Both the position numbers and the translations under genes were made by a program. Shown piece by piece: positions 1-12,360 of a DNA stretch of 64,000 nt (position 1 is the first letter of the stretch; each line of letters opens with the position of its first letter). Under the pieces are notes generated by a model. That model saw only the letters and a list, made by a program, of their open reading frames with translations. It made no database searches and had not been told where the DNA came from. Source of the DNA: Podarcis vaucheri (lineage: Eukaryota); assembly GCA_965113315.1 (NCBI GenBank), contig OZ220369.1. One strand, written 5' to 3'.

Positions 1-617
1 AGGATGGCTTTGCTATGTTCCCAACAGTGTTCTCTATTCAAATTAAATTAAAGGAAGAAATTAAGTTTTCTTCTACCGTATTGCTTGGCTAGGTTCCTAA
101 TTATTAGAAAAGAGACAGAGAGGAAACAGACCTCGCACTGCCTATACCTTAGCTGAGCTGCTCACAGCTGGAAAATTATAACATATCTCAATGAATTTGG
201 TTTAAAAATAGTACAGTCAGAAGGGAAGGGAAGAATCCATATTGTTATTCTTAAAACTATGTTCAACATCCTCGTATTATTTAACTTTGCATTATTCACA
301 GGGACAACATAAAGTTCATTCTTGCTTCTGAAGAAAGGTCAGGCACCTAAGAATAGCTGGGAACATCCAGGAGCTCAAAGAACTTCCTACCTGTTGATTG
401 AATTCTGCTTTGTCCAGGGATGTCCGCTGTAATGAAGGAGGGGGAGAAGCGAACCCCAACTCAGCAAGTTCATTAGGCTGTGAAACCTGTCCATTTCAGT
501 TTCATTTAAGTGCATTCAAATGTGCATTCAAATGTAGGGTTTATTGTGATAATTGCCCTGACTGTCATGCTAGTGCTTCTGTCCTGTTTTCTAACGCCCC
601 TTTCATACTGGGGAAGC

Positions 618-793
618 TAGTGCTTTTTTCCGGGGGTGGGGTATGCAGGGGTACACATACCCCTAAACATTTTGTAAATCTTTGTACTTTTGTCCACTTA
701 CTGTATTTTTTCACCCAATTTGAACTATAAAATTGTGATTTTATTGAGTCAAAATGAAAGTACCCCTAAACATTTTTGAGGGGGGAAAGCACG
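618..793. mobile_element. Degenerate non-autonomous hAT-like DNA element (CAGTGCTTTTT...AAAAGCACTG family)
   Basis: Termini TAGTGCTTTTTTCC / GGAAAGCACG; imperfect 8-bp flanks GGGGAAGC / GGGGTACC; related copy at about 46821-46942. Confidence 0.55.
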
Positions 794-3235
794 GGGGTAC
801 CTGTTGTGTTATGTAGCTGTTTGACCAATATACTGACATGCCACACAACATTTTATTCACACCAATGGGTGTGCTGTGACACAACAACAAACATCATCGG
901 ACCAGGTTGCTACTCCCCCACCCTTTCCACACATGGGTGCTTCTATTCCCCCATGAAAACTGCAGGAAGTAAGTATATGCCCCAGTATACCGTCCCCAAT
1001 TTCAATTTTCTGGGTTTATGGGATTGCAAACAGGTTTTTTCCCTCTTAGCAATTAACATGAAAACTAAGCTAATCTAGAAACCATACATTCGGTAAAACA
1101 CTGCACCAATAATCAAGAAATCACACATTTGGTAAACATTGCACAACAAGAATCGAGAAATTGTACTTAGGACCACAGCTAGGTAGCCTTTTGGCGGGGT
1201 TGTATCAATGCACACACTGGTAAGACAGAGGAGGAATGACGGATGAACTGAATCAACTGAAAGCTGCAGCAAGCGGTTTGTGGTCCAAAGCTGGAATTAA
1301 TATGAGAAATTCCAGTTAAACAGGACGCTTAGGAGAATCAGAACTCAGAGCAGAACAAACTGATGCATCTGGGAAAATCTGTATATCTCTAAGCAGTTGG
1401 TTTTTTTAATGACCAATATATTAAGGGGCAGCAATGAGGTATCAGCTGCTCCCAGAGCTGCACATCTCAAGTCCCCAAAGGATGTTCAGGTGCAACAAAT
1501 TGGTCAGTTTCCCATGTGCTCATTCCAAAGTCTGTTCTGTTTTGCATCTGTATTAATCTTTGAGGGAGGTTTTTTTGTTTTTTACAATAAATGTGTTTAG
1601 AAACTTTATGAAATAAATAATTAAAAAATATATATCTGGTTGAAAATTTGTACTTAAATATGAATTTTAATACATACGTTTGAAAATACTTTGCCACAAA
1701 ACTCTTCTTGAAACATACTTTTCCTCACTTCCAAATAACTCACTTCCAAAAGTATTTCAGCCCACAATAAAATACCTTTCAATGCATTTTGGAGCCACGG
1801 CCTGCAGAGAAGTGCAAAATCTTAAGAACAACTTATGGCCTGATCTGCATGGGAGATCAGTTCATTTTGGAATGTGATAAGATCAAATTCCTCAAGCACC
1901 GCTAAGAGGCAGTTCTGGCATTGGATAGGTTCAACAGCCCTGGGTGACAAACGGTCCTATGCAAGGTGGGGGGTGGCATACCTGAAAAAGCAGCTTCGCA
2001 AAAAATAAATAAATCCCACAACCCACCCATTTTTCATTGCTGATCTTCTGGAATAAATTATCTCCTTTCACCAGCAATCACAGCATCAAGAAAGCAATTG
2101 CCCAGGAGTGTTATCGCCAGCGAAACCTGCTTGCTGAAGGAGAAGGGTGGTGGAATATAAGCAACGCTCCCATTTAGACATGTGCTATATTTAGATTTCC
2201 ATTTTCAAGCCTCAAACAATCTCCTGTTCTCCCCCTCCTCTTTCTCCCTTCATGGGTACAGCAAAGCTTTTAAACAGTACTGCAAAGTAAAAATAAAAGT
2301 GTTGAAAAATAAAACATCACCCTGAGAGACAAGTGGCTCCGATCTCTGATTCCTCCCGCGCCCAGTGCATTGTGCAGAAGTTATTGCTCTCTACAGATTA
2401 ATAATAAATCTGTTACTAACGACTCTTTTTCCATCTGAGAACCAAATGCCCGGGGCTACATGTCAGGGATTGGTGGGGCGACAGACAAAAGTGGGTGAAG
2501 CAACTGTTGTGGCTCTTAGCTTCGTGCAGCAGGCTGCATTCCAACCTCGCAAAAGTCAGAAGTTTCTGCACAGAGACAGACCTCTCGCCATCTTCCATCG
2601 AGACAAAGAATGGGCATTATCTCACATTCTCGGCAATCAAAAGCACCTTGAGGGTGGCATGGAGCAGGCCTCTGAGGGGTGTGGTCTCGGGAGAGGGATA
2701 GATGGAATTGCATTGATATGTGTGGGGAATGGCCACCCTGCGACATGGTTTTTTCTGTGGCAGCCCTGAATTTCTGTCAAGCATCATCACTGTAAAACTT
2801 CCACATATGCTGATGAAAACCTCTTTACCCTGGCCTTTGACACCTCAGATATGTGGGGGGTTATTAAGACTCACTCTATTATATTAACACATTTAAATAC
2901 TGCTGTTTTATATTGTAATCCACCCCGGCATCTTATGGTGAAGGGTGGGTAAGAAATCCATCACCAGCATGTCATCACTTTTGAAGTTTTTAAACCCATG
3001 GGGATTACCAGACATAGTGAATTCGAAGCTGAAAGTCCACTACAAGTGGCATCAACTGTGCATCAGTTGGACGTGCCTAAAATGGTCGCCACCTGTAGTG
3101 GCAAAAGATTAGAAACAACAGACATTACCAAAAGGAGGAAGAGGTGGCATACCATATTGGCATACCATAAGCTTTCCTATCGGCTCTGAGAGAGGGTGAA
3201 AATTAATCAAAAGTCTCATTGTCACAGCTTTATTA

Positions 3236-3379
3236 CAAGGGTAGGAAACCCGTTTCAACACAAAGGCCACATTCCCATCTGGTCAACATTCAGGGGCTGC
3301 ATAAAAGTTGTGGGTGGGCTCAGGAGCAAAAGTGTGCACAGCATCAAATGTACATTTAGATTTGTACATTAGGCTGGTT

Positions 3380-3430
<51 letters not shown>

Positions 3431-3648
3431 TGCTCCATCCAGGTAAACAAGAGGCCTAATCAGAGTTGAAGGATACATTCCAGCCAGGCAAAAACACTCA
3501 AGGAGGGTGTGAAGCAGGGCTGGTGAGGGGTGTAGCCCAAGGAGATAGGGGTGGTTAAAGAGGGAGTGTGGCCTGGGAGCATTTCAGGGGTCAGTCAGAG
3601 AGGCCTGGAGGGCTGCATTTGTCCACAGGTCTAAGGTTCCACCCTTTG
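3236..3648 (+). mobile_element. Old hAT-Charlie-like non-autonomous element containing a (CT)n(CA)n microsatellite
   Basis: Homologous to the reverse complement of about 34400-34728 (shared CCAGCCAGGCAAAAA and TAGGCTGGTTTCTAC blocks); microsatellite at about 3384-3430. Confidence 0.55.
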
Positions 3649-4172
3649 TTAGATATTGGACTAAGATTAAGCTATAAGACCAAATGTAATGGCTCTTGTG
3701 AAAGTATGATTTATGGAGATTGCTGCTTTCTTATAAAGTTTGCATTGTGTGAAACGAACAATAATTTGTTGCTTTTTAATTTTTTTACGGTTTTAAACCA
3801 TGTGAGTCGAGGTTTGAAGAAGTTGTTACATCTGGTTAAGCTCATTGCCATTTTGTGTTCCTTGCGCCTTTGCTCTTGCCGGAATGCCATAATTCACAGG
3901 CGACAGGCCGTAAGCGCTGCAGACAATGCAGGCTGTAGCAAAGTATTTGGGAACCGGAGTGGCTCTCGTATCGTAAAGGCAAGAAATAATGTGGTCTGCT
4001 TTGTTGCCAAATTAAAGCATTCAGGAGAGGAGGTCATGCTCCTGGCTGGGATTATTGAGTCTTTAAAATTCACTCCTGTAATTAGGTTCTGGGGAAAACT
4101 AGAAAGGAATTAAATGAATACATTTCTCCTGTTTTCTGAAGCACATTGTCTCGAGCCTGCTAGCGAAGGGCC

Positions 4173-4572
4173 TGTCATTATGATGAGCGGGGGTGATTAA
4201 AGGGGAGAGAGGGAGGGGCTGTGCATGGCTGGGGAGCTGGGGGAAGTCTGGTTCTCTCCATGGAACTAGCGGATACAAATGGAAGCCACTGCTTGCTTGC
4301 ACACCGCAGTATGGGGTGTGGAAGGAAGACAAGCAACTCTGAGTACAAAGGGAAGCAGGAGATGGTGCTGGGTTCTGTTCTCCTACTGCAGCCTTCCCCC
4401 AAACAATATTTTGGACTCTGCCCACCCCATCAGCCACAGCCAGTGTAGCCAATGACCAGAGACGATAGGGAGCAGTATTCCAAAATGGCGACTTCCAAAC
4501 TCCTCCTCTGCCCAGACCGCTGGAAAATTGTTGAGGGTCTTGGCGGACTACTGGATCTTTCTGCCTGTCACT
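4173..4572 (-). mobile_element. Degenerate solo-LTR-like element (Gypsy-type)
   Basis: Minus strand ends ...TAATGACA; shares the 15-mer TCCTCCTCTGCCCAG with the LTR at 43673-44144. Confidence 0.4.
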
Positions 4573-5230
4573 TCGCAACTGCAATGTGCTATGCAGGCTT
4601 ACAATTAGTGCTCATTTGAAATTTCCCAGAAATTTCTTTTCTGAGATATTTCTTACTTCTTGCCCCCTCACTTCCCTGCCCCCTGAAACATAAGGCCACT
4701 TTTCAGAATTTTGACTCACTTTCCTTCACTGCCCTGGCCCTGGACTTCAGCAGAAACCAAGACACTGAGTGAGAGGCTGCAGCATCACCCATGGAGAGCA
4801 TCCAGGTTTGTGACTGAGCACCTGATACTGGTGACCATGGGGCTGCTGTACCTGGTAGACAGGAGTTTCTGGATTAGGCCCTGCAGCACCAAGGCCCATA
4901 GACCCAGAGCCAGGGAAGCAACTTCCCCTGGGCCCAAGGATCTGAGTATCTCTCATCCTACCCCACCAGTCCAACTGCACAAGAAGCACAACAGGCAGGG
5001 GACAGTGAGCACACAAGGAGTGCCCAGTTACGGATGAAAGGGCTGGCCCTTTGAGAGACTGACTCTCTAAAAAAGGGTGGAGCCTAGGAGAGATGGATGG
5101 GAGGCAGAGGCTCTGAAAGCTTCAGTCCACCTCTAGCATTTATTGAAGAAAGTTGCTCACTCCCTGGGCTCCTTTGCACCACCAGAGCAGACCAGGGCAG
5201 CCATAATAGTTTGGTGGTGGCTGCAATTGG

Positions 5231-5719
5231 TGTTGAAATACTGCTAGGTCTCTGGGGCATTGTGGAGGATTCAAAATGGTAATATAATGGTTGGGAGTTA
5301 CTCGTGCATAATCCTGCTCCGTTTGAGCATTAGATTGCCTGGTTAAACCCTCCAGACTGCACAGCCCATCTCAGCGTGGCTGCCCTTAGTCACTCGTAGA
5401 ATCTGTCTGTGGGCGTTTCTTAAAGCGTTGCCAACATAAGAGTTGTTTGACGCCCAATCATCTCCGCCTCTCACTGCGCAGGAGTCTCCTGCGCAGGGTG
5501 GGCGTGGGCAGCGGGGTGCTTGGGCTCTCCTCGCTAACTTCCAACGAAGAGTCCTGGAGCCCCTGCACCTCCCTGTCCCGTTGCTCTCCTGGATCCGTGG
5601 TGTTACACTCATTCTCTTCCCCTTCTTCCCAGCTGAGTCTCCCTCTAGCGCTGGGACCTTCCCCTGCAGAATCAGAGACCCTCTCCTTCTCCCGTGCCTC
5701 TGATGGCAGTTCTCTGACA
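5231..5719 (-). mobile_element. Solo-LTR-like element (Gypsy-type)
   Basis: Minus strand starts TGTCAGAG and plausibly ends TTTCAACA; about 490 bp; purine-rich open frame from base 2; no clean TSD, so the 3' boundary is uncertain. Confidence 0.55.
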
Positions 5720-7119
5720 GGTAACCATGGCCGTCAACCCAGTGCCAATTGGTGCCATAGTTGTTGTTTTTTAACTTAGGAAAAAAGAAAGAAGCTCTGT
5801 TACTGTTTTTGCTAATGGTGGTCCCCACCCCTGAGAAAAAAACATGAAGATGTTTTCCTTCTCCTCAATAGTTAGTGAAATTTTTCCTCATTGCCCAGTC
5901 CGCAAATATGGTGGAGAATTTTGAGAGGCCGTCAGTACAGAGCTCTGCTTACAACCCAATCTCAAAACAGCATAGTAAATAATTAAGAATTAGGAGAAAG
6001 AGAAGGAGGGTGTCAAAATTAAAAGCATAGTACCAAAAAAGAAACTAAAAACATAGTTGTAAAATAGCTGAAAGTAATGAATTGCAAATCTTTTAATGGG
6101 GAAGGGAATGATTGAATGAAAGGAAATGAAATTTATTACAGTCCCAGACCAGATTCACATACCATACTAAGTGAACATAAAACACAATAGAATTAAGTTT
6201 GAATTAACAATCAAATATAACAATAAACAATAGGAATACGATTGAACCAAATATCAGCTGGCAACAATTTCCAGAAATGTCCCTGTCCTTTAAACATGCT
6301 TCCATTTTTTTTAAATATTAAAATTCCCCCCAACCCTCGGCAGGGTGAATCAGTGCCCTAAGCATCCACACTCCCTGGCTCCATCCTGGCTCTAGCCCTG
6401 TGGCCCACTATGGCATGTGATATGCCTTGAGTACAGTGTGGCTTCCTTGTAAATGGGTCAGCCTGAGCAGCAAAATCATAGTAACTCATTTCCTGACCCA
6501 AATCCTTACCACGTTTATTCAGCCACGGAGCCCCTGATTACCCAGACCTGCCTTAGGGAAGATTTGCTACATTTCATTCACCCCCACACCAAAAAACAGG
6601 CTTATTTCTGCCTGACACATTGGTTGAGCATCTTCAGTCCTGAAAGGCATGCGTCACTGACATTTTCTGTACATAAAAATATTACAGCTGCCAGCATTAT
6701 CTGACTCGGCTAGTACACTGTGAAACAAAAGCTTCGCATAGCCACCTCATCAAGCAGCACAACTCTTTGCTTTATATACTTTCTGTTTGGAAAAACTCAG
6801 ATCATCTTCCTTTGCAGCGGTTCTTTGTGTTATGTTCCATCCCTCTGGAAGGACCTAGTGGGCTGCCATTGTTTGCCATTGTGTCCATATGGGATACCAT
6901 ATGCTTCCAGGGAAATATGTATGTAGTTGTCGAACTGAAATATGGCTTTGGGTTTTGATTTTCAAGATAATGAAGGGTTTTTTTCCCCAAGTCAGCAAGC
7001 TCTTTGAAATATTTACATCATCTCTTAACATTGCCCTTCACAGCACTGCCTGCTTAACCTCACTATCGCCACCCCTGTGAAGTTAGCTGCAGGTGAAACA
7101 TTTACAGCAACATTTATAG

Positions 7120-7845
7120 CAGGGATAGGGAACTATGCAACTCGTTCCCTCAGGAGCCAGTGATGGCTACCAATCTGGAAGGCTTTAAAGGAAGATTAGA
7201 CAATTTCATGGATTGGGGGGGGGGGGCTATTGAAGGCTATTAGCCACGATGGCTATGCTCTGCACAGTGGCGGAGGAAGCAGGGTGTCATCACTAAGGGG
7301 GGTGACAAAATGGCAAAAATATGAGTTTAAAAAAATAAAAATAAAAATTGGGCTCACGAAACTTTTTAGTTCAATCAGCAAACCTAACAAAATGTGTCTG
7401 CCACTGGGCACCACACCGTGAGGGCCGGCACTTACGGCGAGGCCTGCAGCGTGCCTGAGCCACGCATCTTTCCTGAGAGTGACATGGTGGCTTGGGCGCC
7501 TGCAGATTCCACGCTGTCTAAAACGGCAGCGTGGGACTTGCGTCTGCCCTCCGCCTCTCCCTCCATCACCCTACAGCTGAGCGGGAGGCAGTGGAGAGGC
7601 TCCTTGCAGTGCACCCCACCTCCATGGGCAGCTTGCCCCGCATCCATGGGCGGCTCGCCCCGCCTCCGGCTGCAGGACATGCGGGCTGCACCCAGCACCC
7701 GAGTGGCCAGCTACGCTGCTGGCTCTGCCTCCACAGTTGGGGGCACCAATGCTTCTTAATGCCCATTGCTGGAAAACACAGGAGAGGAGAATGCTATTGT
7801 GCTCAAATCCCACTTGCTGCTTTCCCACAGGCATGTGGTTGTCGC
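7120..7845 (+). mobile_element. CR1 LINE 3' fragment interrupted by a hAT MITE
   Basis: GATGGCTACCAATCTGGAAGGCTTTAAAGGAAGATTAGACAA...TAGCCACGATGGCTATGCTCTGC resumes after 7721; same 3' sequence recurs at 19435-19845 and 43580-44340. Confidence 0.6.
7265..7721 (+). mobile_element. Non-autonomous hAT element (CAGTGGCG-type termini)
   Basis: Termini CAGTGGCGGAG / CTACGCTGCTG; 8-bp TSD GCTCTGCA / GCTCTGCC; left end related to 53307-53385. Confidence 0.75.
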
Positions 7846-8173
7846 AGATAACATCCTTGGTTCAGCAACGGCTGCCACCCATTGGTACTTGTAGGATGAA
7901 AACAGGGAGGCTGACAGTAGGGGGAGCCACAGCCAATGAGAGGTGGAGTCAACTAATTATGGTTTCGTCTCCATCCTCCTCCCTGTCGTGTTTTGGTGGA
8001 ATGAAGTAGGAGGAAGTTGGAAAAAGGCAGGCATAGCTGAAATCCTTTGCACACTTTTCTGGGAGTAACCTCCATTGAATACAGTGTAGCACACTGAGGA
8101 GGAAACATGCTTAGAATTGTGCTACATGAATGATACCCATTGGTTATATAGAATCACCATGCAGTCCAACGTA

Positions 8174-8402
8174 CAGCGGTACCTCGGGTTACAAACACCT
8201 CAGGTTACAAACACTTCGGGTTACAGACTCCGCTAACCCAGAAGTAGTACCTCAGGGTAAGAACTTTACCTCAGGATGAGAACCGGTGGGGCGGCAGCAG
8301 TGGGAAGCCCCATTAGCTAAAGTGGTACCTCAGGTTAAGAACGGTTTCAGATTAAGAACGGACCTCCGGAATGAATTAAGTTCGTAACCAGAGGTACCAC
8401 TG
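8174..8402. mobile_element. Tc1/mariner (Tigger-like) MITE
   Basis: TIRs CAGCGGTACCTCGGGTTAC / GTAACCAGAGGTACCACTG, flanked by TA on both sides; internal CCTCAGGTTA(C/A) repeats. Confidence 0.9.
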
Positions 8403-9487
8403 TATAATATAGCCATTAAGTCTATACAGCAAAGTTCCCCAAACATCTCATAACAGGGGCACATTAATTTCTTTTTACTGAATTATAAACAGGAAGCACA
8501 CTTCAATTCTACACCTCAGAAGGCTTACTTCCAGAGCAGGGGTGGGGAGAAACCCACATGTTCCCCAGCCTTCCTGTATCCCAGGGGCGAGGAACCTGTG
8601 GCCCTCCAGATATTGCTGGTCTGCATGTCCCATCATCCTTGACCACTGGCTATGCAGGCAGGGTCTGGTGGATGTTGCAGTCCAACACCACCTGGACGGT
8701 CACAGGTGTCCCACCTCTGTTCTTGCACCACACTGACAGTTCTTGTGTGCCCTGAAACATGATGCACAAATCCTGGCAACACTGGAGTGGTGCGCTTTCT
8801 TTGCAAAGCCAGCTCTTTCCAAGTCCACAGGCATGTCGGAGTGAGCCTCATTACCGCCCTATGGTGCCATTGCCTCCCGCAGATCACACGAGCGAAGCTG
8901 GCATTTCCCTTCATTATCAAATGCTGTTGTCTGCCACAAAACAACAAATGCATGGGGGGAAATACTAGGCACACTTCCCCCACACCCCTTGCCGAGTTCA
9001 TTTGTGGACACCCTCTGTCGCTTCTGGACGTTGCAAAATTACAAAACAATGGAAGCTCCTGGGAGCAGGCAATTACGGTGTTGTCGTACACTTTGCTGGA
9101 AGGAGGACACAGACAATGCTGTTGATACAGGCAGGGAACACTTATGAAATGCCTCCATCCTTTTGAGGACAGATGCAAATTCGCTAGCTTCATTGAAAAA
9201 TCATTGTCCTCAGCATCCACTCATTCTAACAAAGCGGTCCCCGGAGGCTATTTTGGTTTGTCATCATGTCATGTCAATAAAAATAGTTTGTGCCTGTGAT
9301 TCCATTTTTAGGCTATTGCTTCTGCAGCAGAGGCTTGTATTCCCCCTGCCCCCATATGCTTTCTAAACCACCAGTCGGGGTGAAATTACTCCTAGTTTAC
9401 AGCTGCTTCCAGTGAATCACTGATGGCATAGAGACCATGGAACATTTTATCATTCCTTTTCTCAAGTCAGTTTTTGTACAACAGAAC

Positions 9488-9878
9488 CAGGGATGGGCGA
9501 AGCTGTCAATTTTGGTTTCTCTCTGTTTCTCATTTTTCCAACTAAGTTCTTCACAATTCCACATACATTTGAGATTTTTTTTTAAGTCCTCATTAAGATT
9601 TTTCAACATTTTAGTGCAAATTTCTCCCAAAGTACACATTTGTGCATTCATCCCCCCCAATATAATGCCTTTTTTGCATATTATTTTTTCTGATATGTGC
9701 ATTTTTATGCACACTTTACCCCAGTATATGCATTTTGTGCCCATTCTATGGCTGGAGAAGTGCCTTGCAAAATTCAGCGTGATTTTTGAAGAATGGGTAC
9801 ATTTCAATTCACTTACAATTTTGGAAAGTATGAGTTAGCCTTTAAATGTGAACTGAAACAAATTTCTCCCCTATTAGG
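9488..9878 (+). mobile_element. Old AT-rich hAT-like element (AGGGATGG...CCCTA family)
   Basis: Starts CAGGGATGGGCGAA, ends TTTCTCCCCTATTAG; homologous reverse-oriented fragments at about 13260-13615, 16700-16895 and 23680-24005. Confidence 0.5.
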
Positions 9879-10639
9879 AAGGAGAAACTCTCTGTTCCAT
9901 TTAGAATATGAAAGGTGATCTGAAAAGTGTTCCATCCACTCGATCAGGGGTGGGAGAATCCCCCCTGCCCGCCTGTCCAAGGGCCCATTTCCTCCTGGGC
10001 AACCTTCTATGGGCTGCATTCTTTTCTGGGTTGCTGCCTGGTTGCCCTCTTTGGATGAAGGATTGCCAGTCTAGTCAATATATGAAGGCCAAAAGCCCAT
10101 CTAGTCCAGCATCCTGTTCTCATGCTGGCCAACTGCATGTCTACACATGGCCCACAAGCAGGACCTGAGCACAACAGCACTCTCCCCACTAGCTATCCCC
10201 AGCAGCTGGTTTTCAGAGGCATACTGCTTCCAACAGTGGAAAGACATATTGTACCAGCAAAACAGTATTCTACCCGGTAAACAGTACTGTGGTCTGAGAA
10301 ATCAGTGGAATGAAGATTCTGCCAGGCACTACCCATTACTTGTTACAGGCTCCACCCACGATCCTCCCATGACCCACAAGATTCAGTCATAGCCCCACCT
10401 GACCTGGATCTGCACCCAGGTCCTGCCCATGGGTAAATATCTTTTCTTTTAATTCCAAAGCTGGCCATTCTTTATGTGTGATTTGCATGCACTGTTTTTC
10501 TCAGGGCACAGCTACAAACCTGGGATCCTCTGTTTACAAGATTTTTATTGCCGTCCTGCAGTAAGCGATGGTTCCAATCTGTATGCACTGAGATTTTTTT
10601 TGTAAGGCAATAATTGTTTTGGTTTTGGTTTTTTTAGCC

Positions 10640-11010
10640 AAGAATCATAGATTGTGGAATTGGGAGGGATCCTCGGGGTCATTTACTCCAACCCCCTGCA
10701 ATGTAAGAATCTCAGCTAAAGCATCCATGACAGATGGCAATCCAACCTCTGCTCCAAGGAAGGAGAATCCACCATCTTCCTCTTCTCCAGGTGAAATATA
10801 TCCAATTCCCTCAACCATTCCTCATAAGGCTTGGTTTCCAGCCCCTTTATCATCTTGGTCGCCCTTCTCTGCACATGTTCCAGCTAGTCAATATCCTTTC
10901 CTTACTGTGGTGCCCAGAACTGGATGCGAGATTCCAGGTGAGGGTCTGACCAAGGCTGAATAGAGTGAAGCTATTACTTCCCTTGATCTGGACACGATAC
11001 TTCTGTTGAG
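10640..11010 (-). mobile_element. CR1 LINE 3' fragment
   Basis: Reverse complement of the CR1 tail (GAATCATAGA...) and of ORF2 C-terminal sequence homologous to 62250-62400. Confidence 0.75.
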
Positions 11011-11840
11011 GCTTCCCACTTTTGTTTTCCTGGGAGTTTTCTCTCCACTGCTCCTCATTTAAATATATACAGCTTTGAAAGGACTGTCTTTTCTGTGATT
11101 GAGCAACAGAAAAAAGACTAAAAAAATCCCAGCTGGGGCAGGAACACAATGATCAAACTTCTTTAAACCTGGCCAGGTGACATCTCAGCCGCAGACCTGC
11201 CACTGGTGCCTGCCTATTGGCCATGGAGCCAAGAAGGTCCATCTAAACATTTGCCAACTTCATCTTCATATAGAAATAATTATACTCAGCTAACACTCTC
11301 TCACACACATACATACGAGGACAGCTTTAATACAAGATTTAAATGTAAACTGCAGAACTAGAGGGCACCAGTAAATCTGACTCTGTGTGGTTCAGACTGC
11401 ATCAGAAATCCCCCACTGTAGTGGTTAAATTAATTAGCATGCTATAGCTAGCAAGATTATCACCAGCAACTGCTGTTATGAATGGTTACTGTGTAATTAT
11501 GTTACATGCATTTGGGCTTTGTAGAAAAACAGAACTGACCTACATTTCATAGCCACTTGGCTCAGCAGTTTAAAAAACGTTTCTTTTCCATCCGTGTGTC
11601 TGCTGAAGGAGGGCAGGATGTCATGGCAGACGATTCTAGTCTGGTTTCACCACAGGAAGATCTTTAAGGTGCTGCAAGACTTCTGCAGCTGTTCTAAGGG
11701 TAAGGTGGATGCACCACAGAGATCAGTAGCACACAGCAATAAACCACTGGAGACAAAGCAAGCTCCGACTGCACTCCCCAAATGCACACTAAAATATTCA
11801 CATTTGCTGTAAATATAGCTTGTATGATAGATGAGGAAGT

Positions 11841-11842
<2 letters not shown>

Positions 11843-11877
<35 letters not shown>
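11843..11877. repeat. (TG)n microsatellite
   Basis: Direct observation. Confidence 0.95.
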
Positions 11878-11879
<2 letters not shown>

Positions 11880-12192
11880 CTTTAGGGGCACCAAGGAACT
11901 GAAAGGAAGCACTGACTTCCCAAAAATTTGTAGCGCCAGTTTTTCCAAAGCTCACACTGAAAATCATAGCAGAAGAAGTGGGGAATCTCAAATCTGTAAA
12001 ACAAAAAACCCATACTTGAGCCAGGGAATGTCACAGGGATGAGAGATACATAATTCTTGAAGACAGCATATTGGGCTATCTCATGAACAGTCTCCGGTGC
12101 AAATTGCTTTTATCCAAAGATAACAGAGTTTCATAAGGGAAATGTTTTTCTCAAATACTCCAATCTAAATAAAACAGGCATTTTGGAGTGAG

Positions 12193-12360
12193 AAGGGCCA
12201 TGGTTCAGTGGTCAAGCAAACACATGTAAGCAAAAGATTCCAGGTTCAATCTTTGGAATCTCCTGTTAAAAAGAACCTCAGGCAACAGAGCTGAGAAAGA
12301 CCTTTGTTAGAGACCTTGGACAGCACTAGGCTTGAAAGGCCAATGGCCTCTCTCAGTGAA
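12193..12360 (+). mobile_element. Degenerate tRNA-derived SINE (Squam2-like)
   Basis: GGGCCATGGTTCAGTGG ... CCAGGTTCAAT head homologous to 26964 and 50331. Confidence 0.55.
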
